Positions 41,041 to 51,301 are shown, counted from the first letter of the stretch. The stretch: DNA of 64,000 bases from Parcubacteria group bacterium GW2011_GWC1_36_108 (GCA_000991245.1 LBRD01000007.1:37539-101538); one strand, 5' to 3'. Notes: generated by a model not told the origin, from the letters alone. Translations and numbers: made by a program.

Positions 41041-41078
41041 ATAACATATAGCATATAACAAAAATGCTTAAAACTGGC
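41041..41078. repeat. CATATAACATATAGCATATAACA(AAAATG) locus-specific repeat (5 copies between 41.0 and 47.4 kb)
   Basis: copies at 41041, 43848(rc, degenerate), 46149, 46551(rc), 47357. Confidence 0.55.
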
Positions 41079-41112
41079 GTAAGAGTTTTTTATATTGTAT
41101 GATATATGGTAT

Positions 41113-42288
41113 ATGAAAATATTAGTCATCGCGCCTACACCGTTTTTTGCGGATCGTGGGACACATATTCGAATATTGGAAGAATCGCTGGCTTTGGAAA
41201 AGCGTGGGCATCAAATTACGATAGCAACGTATCATATTGGAAGGGATATTCATTCGGATGTCGAAACCAACATCGACGTTCGTCGCATCAGGAGGCTTCT
41301 TTTTTGGTATAAAAAGCTGGAAGCTGGACCTGATTGGCAAAAGATTTTTCTTGATATTATGCTTATTCGAAAAGCCTTTTATTTGGCGCGCACTCAAAAG
41401 CCGGATGTTATTCACGGGCATTTGCACGAAGGAGTTTTGATTGGTTGGATTGTGAAAAAAGCTCTTTTTTGGAGAAAAATGAAATTGGTCGCAGATTTTC
41501 ACGGAAGTCTTACCAAAGAAATGGCATCGCATAGCTATCTGAAAGGAGGAATTCTTAAAAAGATATTTTTTGAAATTGAAAAATGGATTGATAATTTGGG
41601 AGACAGTGCGCTGACTAGTAGTGAAGAAAACACCAAGGACATTGCAAAGCTTCGCGAGGATCATAACGTGACAACTGTTTTGGATGGAGTTAACCTTGCT
41701 TGCTATGAAAATAATTTGAGCAAAATTGAACTTAAAAAAGAATTTGAATTATCCTTGGACAAAACAATAGTGACATACGCTGGTGCTCTTATCTTTAATA
41801 AAGGCATTGAATATTTGATGGACGCAATTCCGAAAGTGCTTGAGAAAAATAAAAATGTGTATTTTGTTATTGCGGGATTTCCAATCGAGGATGTGACAAA
41901 ATTTGTGAAAGTAAATAGATTATCAGAAAATGTGCGCATAATAAGCCCGCTCAACTATTTTGATTTGCCAAAGGTGTTAATGGCTAGTGATATTGGCGTA
42001 GATCCAAAAGACTCAATGACGCTTCAGGCTAGTGGAAAAATTTTGCAATATATGGCAGCAGGATTGCCAGTCGTTTGTTTTGATCGTCCAAACAATCGAG
42101 CATATTTGGGAGAGGGTGGGGAATACTCAAGAGAAATTTCTGCCGTATGCTTGGCTGACAGTATTCTCTCTCTTGCAAATGAACCGCAAAAAATGGAATA
42201 TAAAGGACAATTGAACAAGCAGCAGATAAAAAAATTCAGTTGGGATATCTCAGCACAAAAAATTGAAGAAATTTATAATAATATTTAA
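41113..42288 (+). CDS. GT4-family glycosyltransferase
   Basis: 'MKILVIAPTPFFADRGTHIRIL' N-terminus, GT-B C-terminal domain. Confidence 0.85.
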   Translation: MKILVIAPTPFFADRGTHIRILEESLALEKRGHQITIATYHIGRDIHSDVETNIDVRRIRRLLFWYKKLEAGPDWQKIFLDIMLIRKAFYLARTQKPDVIHGHLHEGVLIGWIVKKALFWRKMKLVADFHGSLTKEMASHSYLKGGILKKIFFEIEKWIDNLGDSALTSSEENTKDIAKLREDHNVTTVLDGVNLACYENNLSKIELKKEFELSLDKTIVTYAGALIFNKGIEYLMDAIPKVLEKNKNVYFVIAGFPIEDVTKFVKVNRLSENVRIISPLNYFDLPKVLMASDIGVDPKDSMTLQASGKILQYMAAGLPVVCFDRPNNRAYLGEGGEYSREISAVCLADSILSLANEPQKMEYKGQLNKQQIKKFSWDISAQKIEEIYNNI

Positions 42289-42297
42289 AAATAAAAA

Positions 42298-43785
42298 ATG
42301 AGTAATAAAGACCAATACAAAATTAACCGTTTAGATAATAATGGAATTGATCAACTTGCGCACCTAAATCCTTCAAAAAAACAAAAAATATCAAAATTAA
42401 AAACATTTAATCGTAAAAAAATCATAATAATCAGTATTATTGTTTTTGTATGTGTTGGTGGATATTATGCCTTCTCTTATGCTGCTGCAAATAAGCGTAT
42501 TATTGCGATATCTTCTTTTTCTGCATTGAGTAATGTATCCAAGTTTCTTCCGATAGGGCAGGATGAAAAAAAGGAAATCGAGGTTTTAAATGCTATTGTG
42601 ACAGAATTTACCAAAAATGATGATCAGGAAAAAAGTTTCTTGATTATGCTGCAAAATGAAGCAGAACTTCGTCCGGGCGGTGGATTTTTGGGCCAATATG
42701 CGATTGTGAAAACGAAAAATGGTGAAATTATTTCGACATTTGTTGAAGACGCAAATCTTTTGGATCAACGCATTTCGGCAAAAATTCCAGCCCCGTTTCC
42801 TTTCAAGAGAATGATGCAAATTAAAAATTGGAAATTTCGCGACTCAAACTTTTCGCCGGATTTTCCAACTAATGTTGAAAAGGCAAAATATTTTTTCAGA
42901 TTAGCAGGAAGAAGTTCAGCTGGTTTTGATGGTGTGGTGGCTGTTAATTCGGAAGTTTTTGATAATGTTATTGGACTCACTGGTCCAATAACCGTCCCAG
43001 GATATTCCGGAGAATATACTCAGGAAAATGCTTCACGCAAATTGGAAGAACAAGTTGAAAAAGCCTACATTATGAATCCTGAAATTGATACCCAGAATCG
43101 TAAGGCGATTATAAAAAAAATGGCGCCAATAATTTTGGATAAGTTGCTCACGGTTGGAAATATCACAAAGGTTGCAGATCTTTTTCATAATGAATTGAAA
43201 AATAGAAATGTGATGATTAATTTTTCTGATCCAAATTTGCAAAAGATGGTCGAAAGTGTTCATTGGGATGGTGCTATGCCAAAAGACTGGGGAGGGGATT
43301 ATCTAATGGCAGTTGATGCAAATATGGGCGCACTCAAATCAGATTTTTATGTTAAGCGTGAAATGATTTATGATATTGATTTGACTCAGCCAAAGCCCCT
43401 GGTAACGTTGAATATAAAATATAAACACACCGCTCCATATGGCGATTGGCGCACGAGCGATTATCATTCCTATTTAAGGGTATATGCACCGCAAGGTTCA
43501 AATTTTTTGGAGAGCAATATGGTAAGTCATTTGAGCACTGCTGATGAATTTGGTAAAACATATTTTGGTTTTATGTGTCACGTGCTTATTGGGCAAGAAA
43601 CAAATGCGACAATAAAATATGAATTGCCAGAATCTTTCAGTAATATTGCTGATTATAAATTGCTCATTCAAAAACAATCAGGCGCTGGAGATGTTCCTAT
43701 TTCAGTTAATGTGAAAACAAAAGACGAACAATATTCTCAACAGCAAACACTTACCAATGACATTAGATTTGAATATGAAAAATAG
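42298..43785 (+). CDS. DUF4012-like membrane-anchored protein (polysaccharide-locus associated)
   Basis: N-terminal TM; 'MLQNEAELRPGGGFLGQYA' motif. Confidence 0.55.
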   Translation: MSNKDQYKINRLDNNGIDQLAHLNPSKKQKISKLKTFNRKKIIIISIIVFVCVGGYYAFSYAAANKRIIAISSFSALSNVSKFLPIGQDEKKEIEVLNAIVTEFTKNDDQEKSFLIMLQNEAELRPGGGFLGQYAIVKTKNGEIISTFVEDANLLDQRISAKIPAPFPFKRMMQIKNWKFRDSNFSPDFPTNVEKAKYFFRLAGRSSAGFDGVVAVNSEVFDNVIGLTGPITVPGYSGEYTQENASRKLEEQVEKAYIMNPEIDTQNRKAIIKKMAPIILDKLLTVGNITKVADLFHNELKNRNVMINFSDPNLQKMVESVHWDGAMPKDWGGDYLMAVDANMGALKSDFYVKREMIYDIDLTQPKPLVTLNIKYKHTAPYGDWRTSDYHSYLRVYAPQGSNFLESNMVSHLSTADEFGKTYFGFMCHVLIGQETNATIKYELPESFSNIADYKLLIQKQSGAGDVPISVNVKTKDEQYSQQQTLTNDIRFEYEK

Positions 43786-43885
43786 TTTATAAGGTTTGTA
43801 AAGTTAAATACGAAATACTTGCTACAAAGAAGCTTATACGGCATTTATGTTGTATGTTATATGCTATGTGGTACAATGAATTCAT

Positions 43886-45064
43886 ATGAAATTGCTACTA
43901 ATTAAGGCTGGAAAAATCTTTAAAACAATTCAAAGGGAAGGTATTTTTAGGGGCGGAAAACGGGTTATTCTAGCTATTTTTGCTATGTTTCGTTTCGTAG
44001 GAAGTGGCGATGTTTTGTTTATTGCCGGAGGCGTTGGAGACAGTGCTCGCTATCGTGATCATCACGTGGCTGAAGAATTAGAGATTCAAGGTTTAAAATG
44101 TTCAATTACTGTTCAAGATAATCCATTTTTGCCAAATTATGCTGACAAATTCAAGGTGTTTGTTTTTCATCGAGTTTTATTTTCTCCAAGCGTAAAAAAG
44201 CTGATTGAAAAAATAAAAGAGCAGAAAAAAGAGATCATTTTTGAGACAGACGATTTGGTTTATGATCCAAAATTTTTAGAGTATATGGATGGGTTCAAAA
44301 CAATGAATTATCTTGAAAAAAAATTATACGAAAATGGAGTTGGAGGAGAAATTTTGGCTGATCCATATGTTAAGGTTTGCAGCACAACCACAACTTATCT
44401 TGCTGACAAATTGCGCCAGCAGAATAAAAAAGTTTTTATTGTTCCAAACAAGCTTTCAAGAAGGGATGTGGAAGTCGCAGATATAGTAACAAACAACAAA
44501 CAACAAACAACTGACAACAAAATCAATCTGGGATATTTCTCAGGAACACTTTCGCATAATAAAGATTTTGCTACCATCACTGAGGCTCTTGTGCAGATAA
44601 TGGAGAAAAATGAAAATGTTGAATTATTCTTGGTTGGACCACTTGATATTGAAAATGAACTGAACAAATTTGCTAGCAGAATAAAACAGTTGCCATATGT
44701 GACGCGCGAAAAACATTTTGGCAACTTGGCAAGTGTTGATATTAATTTGGTACCACTGGAAATTGGCAATCCATTTTGCGAATCAAAATCAGAACTGAAA
44801 TTTTTTGAAGCAGGAATTGTGGGCGTGCCAACAGTGGCAGCTGCCACAGCGCCTTTTGTTGAGGCCATCGCTGATGGCGTTGATGGTTTTGTTGCTAATG
44901 GCACCGAGCAATGGATTGAAAAAATAGAAAATCTTATTCTGGATGAAAATTTGCGAATTGAAATCGGAGAAAAAGCCCGCGAAAAAGCACTGAGTCGATA
45001 TACAACGACTAATGCCACAAATAAGAATTACTATGATTATTTGAAGAGCAAGATAAAAAGATAA
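43886..45064 (+). CDS. glycosyltransferase (GT4-like GT-B)
   Basis: 'LVPLEIGNPFCESKSELKFFEAGIVGVPTVAA'. Confidence 0.8.
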   Translation: MKLLLIKAGKIFKTIQREGIFRGGKRVILAIFAMFRFVGSGDVLFIAGGVGDSARYRDHHVAEELEIQGLKCSITVQDNPFLPNYADKFKVFVFHRVLFSPSVKKLIEKIKEQKKEIIFETDDLVYDPKFLEYMDGFKTMNYLEKKLYENGVGGEILADPYVKVCSTTTTYLADKLRQQNKKVFIVPNKLSRRDVEVADIVTNNKQQTTDNKINLGYFSGTLSHNKDFATITEALVQIMEKNENVELFLVGPLDIENELNKFASRIKQLPYVTREKHFGNLASVDINLVPLEIGNPFCESKSELKFFEAGIVGVPTVAAATAPFVEAIADGVDGFVANGTEQWIEKIENLILDENLRIEIGEKAREKALSRYTTTNATNKNYYDYLKSKIKR

Positions 45065-45182
45065 GACAATGCCAAATTAAAAATTAAAAATTTCAAATGA
45101 ATGACCAATGATAAAATGTTTAAAATTGGAAATTTGAGAATTTGAAATTGATTTGTAATTTGATATTTGTAATTTGAAATTT

Positions 45183-46139
45183 ATGCAAATTCTCGTTACT
45201 GGTGGTGCTGGCTTTATTGGAAGTAATGTTACAAAAAAATTATTGGAGCGCGGAGACTCTGTTGTTTGCGTGGATGAGTTTAATGATTATTATTCTCCAA
45301 AAATAAAGGAACTTAATGTTGCTCAATTTGCTGATAATCCAAATTTTACATTGTATCGTGGAAGCATTACGGATTATGAATTTTTGAAAACTGTTTTTGA
45401 AAAAGAAAACATTCAAAGAGTTGTGCACGCAGCAGCTCGAGCGGGTGTGCGACCGAGCATTGAAAATCCTTTCATATATGAAGACACGAACGTGAAAGGC
45501 ACGCTTAATCTTTTGCATTTAGCTAAGGAATTTAAGATTGAAAATTTTGTATTGTTTAGTTCATCTTCGGTGTATGGAAATTCCTCAAAAGTGCCATTTT
45601 CCGAAAATGAGGTGGTAGATTGTCCCATTTCACCCTATGCGGCCACCAAGAAGGCCACAGAGCTTCTAGGATACACATACCACCATTTATACCACCTCAA
45701 TGTAAATGTTGTACGTCCCTTCACAGTCTACGGGCCCGGTGGACGGCCTGATATGTTTCCATTTTTAGCCACCAAATTGATTGATGAAGGCTTGGAAGTG
45801 AAGCGTTTTGGAGACGGCTCAACTCGCAGAGATTACACTTTTATTGATGATTTGGTTGATGGGGTGGTGGCTGCACTCGACACGATTTTGGGATATGAAA
45901 TTTTCAACCTTGGAAATTCAAACACTGTCGAGCTTAATTATTTTATCTCCACGGTGGAAAAAATTCTTGGCAAAAACGCCAACATCAAAGAATATCCAAT
46001 GCAACCAGGGGATGTCCTGATCACAAACGCCGACCTCACCAAATCTCGAAAACTTCTCGGCTACAATCCGAAGGTAAAGATTGAAGAGGGAATGAGTATT
46101 TTTATAAAGTGGTATCAAGAAAACAAAAATCTTTACTAA
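45183..46139 (+). CDS. NAD-dependent nucleotide-sugar epimerase/dehydratase (extended SDR)
   Basis: 'ILVTGGAGFIGSN', 'YAATKKATE' YxxxK. Confidence 0.85.
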   Translation: MQILVTGGAGFIGSNVTKKLLERGDSVVCVDEFNDYYSPKIKELNVAQFADNPNFTLYRGSITDYEFLKTVFEKENIQRVVHAAARAGVRPSIENPFIYEDTNVKGTLNLLHLAKEFKIENFVLFSSSSVYGNSSKVPFSENEVVDCPISPYAATKKATELLGYTYHHLYHLNVNVVRPFTVYGPGGRPDMFPFLATKLIDEGLEVKRFGDGSTRRDYTFIDDLVDGVVAALDTILGYEIFNLGNSNTVELNYFISTVEKILGKNANIKEYPMQPGDVLITNADLTKSRKLLGYNPKVKIEEGMSIFIKWYQENKNLY

Positions 46140-46176
46140 GATTTTTGTAACATGTAACATATAACATGTAACAAAA

Positions 46177-46539
46177 ATGCAAAACAAAAAATTTCACGAT
46201 GAATTAAAGAGAAAAATGGATGATTACGCTTTTGGTGTTTATGCTATAACTAAAAAATTTCCTAAGGACGAGATTTATGGCATAACATCACAACTGCGTA
46301 GATCTGCATTATCTGTTATACTGAACTATATAGAAGGATTTGCTAGAACTGGAGATAAGCAATTGAAAAATTTCCTAAATATTTCTTATGGCTCTCTTAA
46401 GGAGTCAAAATATTTACTTTATTTCTCAAAAAGAGAAGGATATATTGAAAATTTGGAATATGAAAAATTAATTAATTTATCTGAAGAAATTGGGGCAATG
46501 CTATGGACAACAATAAATGGTCTCAAGGAAAAATGTTGA
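46177..46539 (+). CDS. four-helix-bundle protein (23S rRNA intervening-sequence protein family)
   Basis: 'DELKRKMDDYAFGVYAITKKFPKDEIYGITSQLRRSALSV...EGFAR' family pattern; start codon embedded in repeat motif. Confidence 0.65.
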   Translation: MQNKKFHDELKRKMDDYAFGVYAITKKFPKDEIYGITSQLRRSALSVILNYIEGFARTGDKQLKNFLNISYGSLKESKYLLYFSKREGYIENLEYEKLINLSEEIGAMLWTTINGLKEKC

Positions 46540-46576
46540 GCCAGAAAGTTGTTATATGTTATATGCTATATGTTAT

Positions 46577-47353
46577 ATGTTGAAACATGAAAACTATAAG
46601 GAACTCATCTGGGCGCTTGCAAAAACTGATTTTAAACTTCGTTATCACGGAAGTGTTTTGGGATATTTGTGGGCGCTGCTCAAGCCGCTGCTGACTTTCG
46701 CGGTGATGAATTTTGTTTTTTCTTCAATGTTTAACCCTCGGGGAACAGGGATGAGTACATATTCATTGCAGTTGTTGGTTGCGCTTATGATGTTTTATTT
46801 TTTCTCTGAAGGAACGACAGCAGGAATGAGTTCACTTTTATCAAAAGCTCAACTTGTAACCAAAATTTATGTCCCACGCTGGACGATTATTATTGCTTCT
46901 ACAATCAACGCAACTCTAATATTCCTGATGAATCTTGTCGTGATTGTTTTTTTCTTTGCGCTTAAAGGTTTCATGCCGAGCATTCCAGCAATCCTTTTGT
47001 TTTTAATGTTTTCAATTTTCATATATATCATCGTTCTTTCTTTTTCACTCATTACTGCACCGCTCTATGTCAAATTTCGCGACCTGGCGATGATCTGGGA
47101 AGTTCTTTTAATGATAATTTTGTACGCGTCGCCGATTATTTATCCTTTAGTAACTTTGCCGGCAGCATATCATAAATTTATTCTGCTTAATCCTCTGGCT
47201 TTTATTATTCACTTTACCAAGGAATCGCTCATCAACAATCATTTTGCTAGCCCTTCACAATATGTAGTGTTTGTCGCCATAGTTTTTGGCGCCTTCGCCC
47301 TAAGCATCTTTTCATATCGTAAATTTATTCCAAAAGTTGCCGAAGAAATCTAG
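46577..47353 (+). CDS. ABC-2 type polysaccharide/teichoic-acid export permease (Wzm/TagG-like)
   Basis: 'ELIWALAKTDFKLRYHGSVLGYLWALLKPL' N-terminal signature, 6 TMs. Confidence 0.8.
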   Translation: MLKHENYKELIWALAKTDFKLRYHGSVLGYLWALLKPLLTFAVMNFVFSSMFNPRGTGMSTYSLQLLVALMMFYFFSEGTTAGMSSLLSKAQLVTKIYVPRWTIIIASTINATLIFLMNLVVIVFFFALKGFMPSIPAILLFLMFSIFIYIIVLSFSLITAPLYVKFRDLAMIWEVLLMIILYASPIIYPLVTLPAAYHKFILLNPLAFIIHFTKESLINNHFASPSQYVVFVAIVFGAFALSIFSYRKFIPKVAEEI

Positions 47354-47393
47354 AAACCATATAACATATAGCATAAAACATATAACACTTGTA

Positions 47394-47431
47394 AAAACAA
47401 AACCTTGTCGCGCTGACAAGGTTTTTGTTTT
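47394..47431. terminator. bidirectional intrinsic terminator (aaccttgtc-loop-gacaaggtt with A/T flanks)
   Basis: read directly after wzm stop. Confidence 0.75.
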
Positions 47432-47436
47432 GTGAT

Positions 47437-47448
47437 ATAATATCAATG
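47437..47448 (+). promoter_or_regulatory. extended -10 promoter element TGTGATATAAT (identical element at 30086-30096 upstream of ftsE)
   Basis: TGn-TATAAT match. Confidence 0.4.
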
Positions 47449-47529
47449 TTGGTAGTTTATAAATATTAATCACCCAGAGTTAAATAATATTTTGATTACA
47501 AAATAATTTAACAGGGTAAATAAAAAAAT

Positions 47530-47805
47530 ATGTTTTCATTAAGTCCAGATATTGAAATAGGAGCCATGCTTTTTTTGATAGGCATCGCTTTTATTTGCTC
47601 ACTCGTGTACGCTTTTTTTGCCAAAGAAAAAATTAAAGCATTAGTGGTTTTTTCAGTGCTTAGTAATATGATTTTATGGTTGTTTATTTTGATAGGATCA
47701 AGACTTTTTTATTTTTATGATATCCTATGGTTCAGAGTTTTTTCTGTTTTCTTTTGGCCGGTTATTAACATCTATTTAATCATTAAAGTGTTTTCAAAAA
47801 AATGA
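47530..47805 (+). CDS. small hypothetical membrane protein (91 aa), translationally coupled (ATGA) to lipase gene
   Basis: 3 TMs; preceded by TTTAACAGGGTAAAT motif. Confidence 0.5.
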   Translation: MFSLSPDIEIGAMLFLIGIAFICSLVYAFFAKEKIKALVVFSVLSNMILWLFILIGSRLFYFYDILWFRVFSVFFWPVINIYLIIKVFSKK

Positions 47806-50768
47806 AAATCAAATTTAAATTGGCGATTGTATCGCTGATTTTTTTTATCACTATCTCCCCAATTTCTTTTCCGGCTCTGCTTGATCATTCTCAAGCAGCT
47901 GATTATGAAGAAATCAGTGAGGATCAAGAGTGGACAATCGACAAAACTGTTGATAAGAACGTGGTTATTAAATCAGGCGTAACTTTGACGATTAAAAAAG
48001 GAGTTACCGTAACCTTTAAGAGCACATATATCGACGTTTATGGCAAAATGATTATTGCCGGCACATTGAAAAGCCCTGTGATATTTAAAAAAGCAGAAGA
48101 TTCGGAAAATTATGCAGTTTCAGTCTGGCAAGGAGGTAATTTGATTATGCGAAATGCTGATTTTAGCGGTGGCGGAGGTTTTTATTTTAATGTTTTGCAG
48201 AATGATTCAATTGTGAATAAAGCATATGCGTATGGAACATATTCTGCCGCAGTTCATGCACGTGGTGGAATTGTGAATATACAGGGAAGTAATTTTCACA
48301 ATAATGATGTTGCAGTGTATGTTGATAGCTCTAGTGCTGGAAAAGTTGTTGTCAGTAGGTCAAAATTTTTGAATAATTCACGGATTGACATTGCCTATGC
48401 CGGATATGGTCAACTAAGCAAGGTAGATGCCAGATATAATTGGTGGGGAAATATAGCGGGTCCATCCAATGTGTGTGTTGATCATAGTGATCCTTTTGGC
48501 GATTGTAAGATTGCAGGATCAGTCGATGTTTCAAATTGGCTCACGAGTGAAAATTTTCACGACCCAGTTGTTATCATTCCGGGAATTTTTGGTTCGCAAA
48601 AAGAAGACGAAATTTGGAAAATAGATCCGATTTTTCATACTTATGATAATTTGATTGATGAATTTAAAAATAATGGATATACGATTGGAAAAGATCTATT
48701 CCTTTTTCCGTATGAATGGCGTGACAGTAATAGTGTGAATGCCACAAAATTGAAATATAGAATAGCTGAAATAAAAACCATTGCCAAATGGCCAAAGGTT
48801 GATGTGGTGGCTCATTCGATGGGCGGTCTTTTGGCGCGCAAATATATTGAATCCAACATATATCAAAATGATGTTGATCAATTGATAACACTTGGAACTC
48901 CTAATTATGGTTCGCCAGAAATTTATCCTCTTTGGGAAGCAGGTGGAGCTATTGGCATGTCTCAGGTTATTATGAAAAAATTTCTTGCACAAGAAATGGA
49001 AGAGGCTGGATACGAGACTATGTTTGAATATATCCGAAAGCGTCCAATTTCTTCAGCTCAAGAGCTTTTGCCAAATTATGAATATTTGTATGACACTGAT
49101 GCAAACAAGCCTTTGATTTATCCAGCTGATTATCCCGTTAATGTTTTTTTGGACAATCTGAACAGTGAAGATAATGTTGAAAAATTAACCAATGTTGAAT
49201 ACATAAAGATTATAGGCAAGGTGGATAGTGATAAAAGTACAATTGTTGGATTTGATATTATTAAAACAGATATGGGAGAATTGTGGCAACACGGTTATCC
49301 TGTTGGTTTTGAAATTCCTTTAATTGGAGATAGAGGTGCTATAAGTGGGGATGGGGATGGAACTGTCCCACTTTCATCAGCCAAGAGTGTTGAAATTCCA
49401 TCAGACAATTATCTTGAATTGAATTTTTCTCATTCTGATTTGCCAACAAAAGCACAAAAAGATGTGTTGGAGACTCTGACAAACGTTCGTCCAACGTCAG
49501 AGGTTACTGACTGGTTAATAAAAAACATATTGCAAACCTGGGCGCACTCTCCAGTAGATATCCAAATCATTTCTCCAACCAACAAAAAATATGGAAAGGA
49601 TTTTGAAAACAACAAAAATTTTGAAAGCATTGACGGTTCATTCTATACTGGCTTTAAAACTGAAAATGAGTTTATCACAATTCCAAATCCTGAAGACGGA
49701 GAATACAAAGTTTTAACACAAGGAACTGAAAATGGAGGAGCGTATCGTATTGAAATGGTTAATCTTTCTCAGAATGAATCCAATGAAGCTTTAGAGTCCA
49801 CAGTTGAAATCGCTGGTTCTTCAATTCCCGATGAAACTGAAGAACTGAGAGTTGAAATTAATGATGGGGAGATAATAGAAAAAAATCAAGATGAAATTGC
49901 GCCAGTGACTGAGTCTTCTATTACTGGGACACAAGGAAGTAATGATTGGTGCACAGGTGACGTTGAATTAACATTGTCTGCAACTGACAACGTTAATGGA
50001 AGTGGCGTCGCAAAAACCGAATATTCTCTGGATGACGGAAAGACTTGGACAACATATGAAAGCCCAGTCGTTTTCTCGCAAGAAGGAATTTTTGATGTTT
50101 CATATCGTTCTGTTGATAAAAAAGACAACATCGAAGAAATAAAAAAAGTCACGATTAAAATTGACAAAACTTCCCCCGAAGCAAAAATGACTTTCAATTC
50201 AATAACTCAAAAACTTGAGGTGCTTGGCACAGATAATCTTTTGCAAAATGTTTCCGTGGAAACGAGAGAACAAACTATTTTCGTCGATAATAATCAAGAC
50301 GAGAAAAAGCAAAAATCCTGGGCTTGGGGATGGTTTCAAAAAGAAAAACCGAAAGAAAAGAAAATAATCGTAACTGCAACATTGACTGATCAAGCAGGGC
50401 ACAAAACTGAACTTGTTTGGGAAAAGAAAAAGAACAAAGACCGACGCATTGACCTTGCAATATCTTCAATTTCATATGATGGTCAAAAGACAAACATTGA
50501 TAAGGGAATTTTGCAATATAAGTGGTTACAAGATTGGAAAAGGAATAAATATCTTATTTTTGCTTCACATCTTAGCACTGAGTCAATGTCATTAGAATCT
50601 CATTATTTTCCAAACAAAAATCAAACGTGGCTTATGGAAAAACCGAATGAAATTGCTGATGATGACAAAAATGACAATGCTGAAAAACGTCCAGTTTGGA
50701 AAAAAATGACGGGAATGATAATCCCGAGTATACTAATAGAAAAGGGTGCTATTAAAATAAGTTATTAA
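47802..50768 (+). CDS. large secreted multidomain protein: N-terminal parallel beta-helix, central alpha/beta-hydrolase lipase/esterase, C-terminal Ig-like domains
   Basis: signal peptide; 'VDVVAHSMGGLLARKYIE' lipase GxSxG; 'TEYSLDDGKTWTTYESPV' Ig-like/chitobiase-C-type motif. Confidence 0.7.
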   Translation: MKIKFKLAIVSLIFFITISPISFPALLDHSQAADYEEISEDQEWTIDKTVDKNVVIKSGVTLTIKKGVTVTFKSTYIDVYGKMIIAGTLKSPVIFKKAEDSENYAVSVWQGGNLIMRNADFSGGGGFYFNVLQNDSIVNKAYAYGTYSAAVHARGGIVNIQGSNFHNNDVAVYVDSSSAGKVVVSRSKFLNNSRIDIAYAGYGQLSKVDARYNWWGNIAGPSNVCVDHSDPFGDCKIAGSVDVSNWLTSENFHDPVVIIPGIFGSQKEDEIWKIDPIFHTYDNLIDEFKNNGYTIGKDLFLFPYEWRDSNSVNATKLKYRIAEIKTIAKWPKVDVVAHSMGGLLARKYIESNIYQNDVDQLITLGTPNYGSPEIYPLWEAGGAIGMSQVIMKKFLAQEMEEAGYETMFEYIRKRPISSAQELLPNYEYLYDTDANKPLIYPADYPVNVFLDNLNSEDNVEKLTNVEYIKIIGKVDSDKSTIVGFDIIKTDMGELWQHGYPVGFEIPLIGDRGAISGDGDGTVPLSSAKSVEIPSDNYLELNFSHSDLPTKAQKDVLETLTNVRPTSEVTDWLIKNILQTWAHSPVDIQIISPTNKKYGKDFENNKNFESIDGSFYTGFKTENEFITIPNPEDGEYKVLTQGTENGGAYRIEMVNLSQNESNEALESTVEIAGSSIPDETEELRVEINDGEIIEKNQDEIAPVTESSITGTQGSNDWCTGDVELTLSATDNVNGSGVAKTEYSLDDGKTWTTYESPVVFSQEGIFDVSYRSVDKKDNIEEIKKVTIKIDKTSPEAKMTFNSITQKLEVLGTDNLLQNVSVETREQTIFVDNNQDEKKQKSWAWGWFQKEKPKEKKIIVTATLTDQAGHKTELVWEKKKNKDRRIDLAISSISYDGQKTNIDKGILQYKWLQDWKRNKYLIFASHLSTESMSLESHYFPNKNQTWLMEKPNEIADDDKNDNAEKRPVWKKMTGMIIPSILIEKGAIKISY

Positions 50769-50793
50769 TTTTAATAAATATTAATAAAAATAT

Positions 50794-51189
50794 ATGACAA
50801 AAAAAAGAGCATTATTTCTTAGTGTTTGCGGGGCAATAATTTTTAGTGTTGCGATAACTATTTCAGTGAAAGGTTTTTGTTTGATAGATTTAATTTGCAG
50901 TAGATCACATGATGATTCGGTGGCATTTATTTTTTTTCCAACAATTACTCTTTTTATTTTCTCTCTCATTACATATCCAATGCAGGATAAAATTTTCCAA
51001 TCTTGGTGGCGTTTTGCTCGCATCTGGATTCCGCTTTCAATGTTAGCAATTTTGATATCACCTTCATATTCGCATAATTTTATTTTTCCAATTGAAAAGG
51101 GAGCCGTAGCATTTTTCTCTTCAGCACTTTTCGTCATAATTAGCCTTGTTCAAATAATTTTGACTTCCCGAAAATTAAAGAGAAGCTAA
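50794..51189 (+). CDS. hypothetical 4-TM membrane protein (131 aa)
   Basis: hydrophobic segments only. Confidence 0.45.
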   Translation: MTKKRALFLSVCGAIIFSVAITISVKGFCLIDLICSRSHDDSVAFIFFPTITLFIFSLITYPMQDKIFQSWWRFARIWIPLSMLAILISPSYSHNFIFPIEKGAVAFFSSALFVIISLVQIILTSRKLKRS

Positions 51190-51301
51190 TAAAAGTAAGG
51201 CGTAATCTTTCGCGTAGTGTTGCGCTGTTTCCATTATTTTTTTTAAAAGTAGTTTTAGCTGTGAGGTAATATAGATATAGCAGCAATGGAATTATATTAA
51301 C

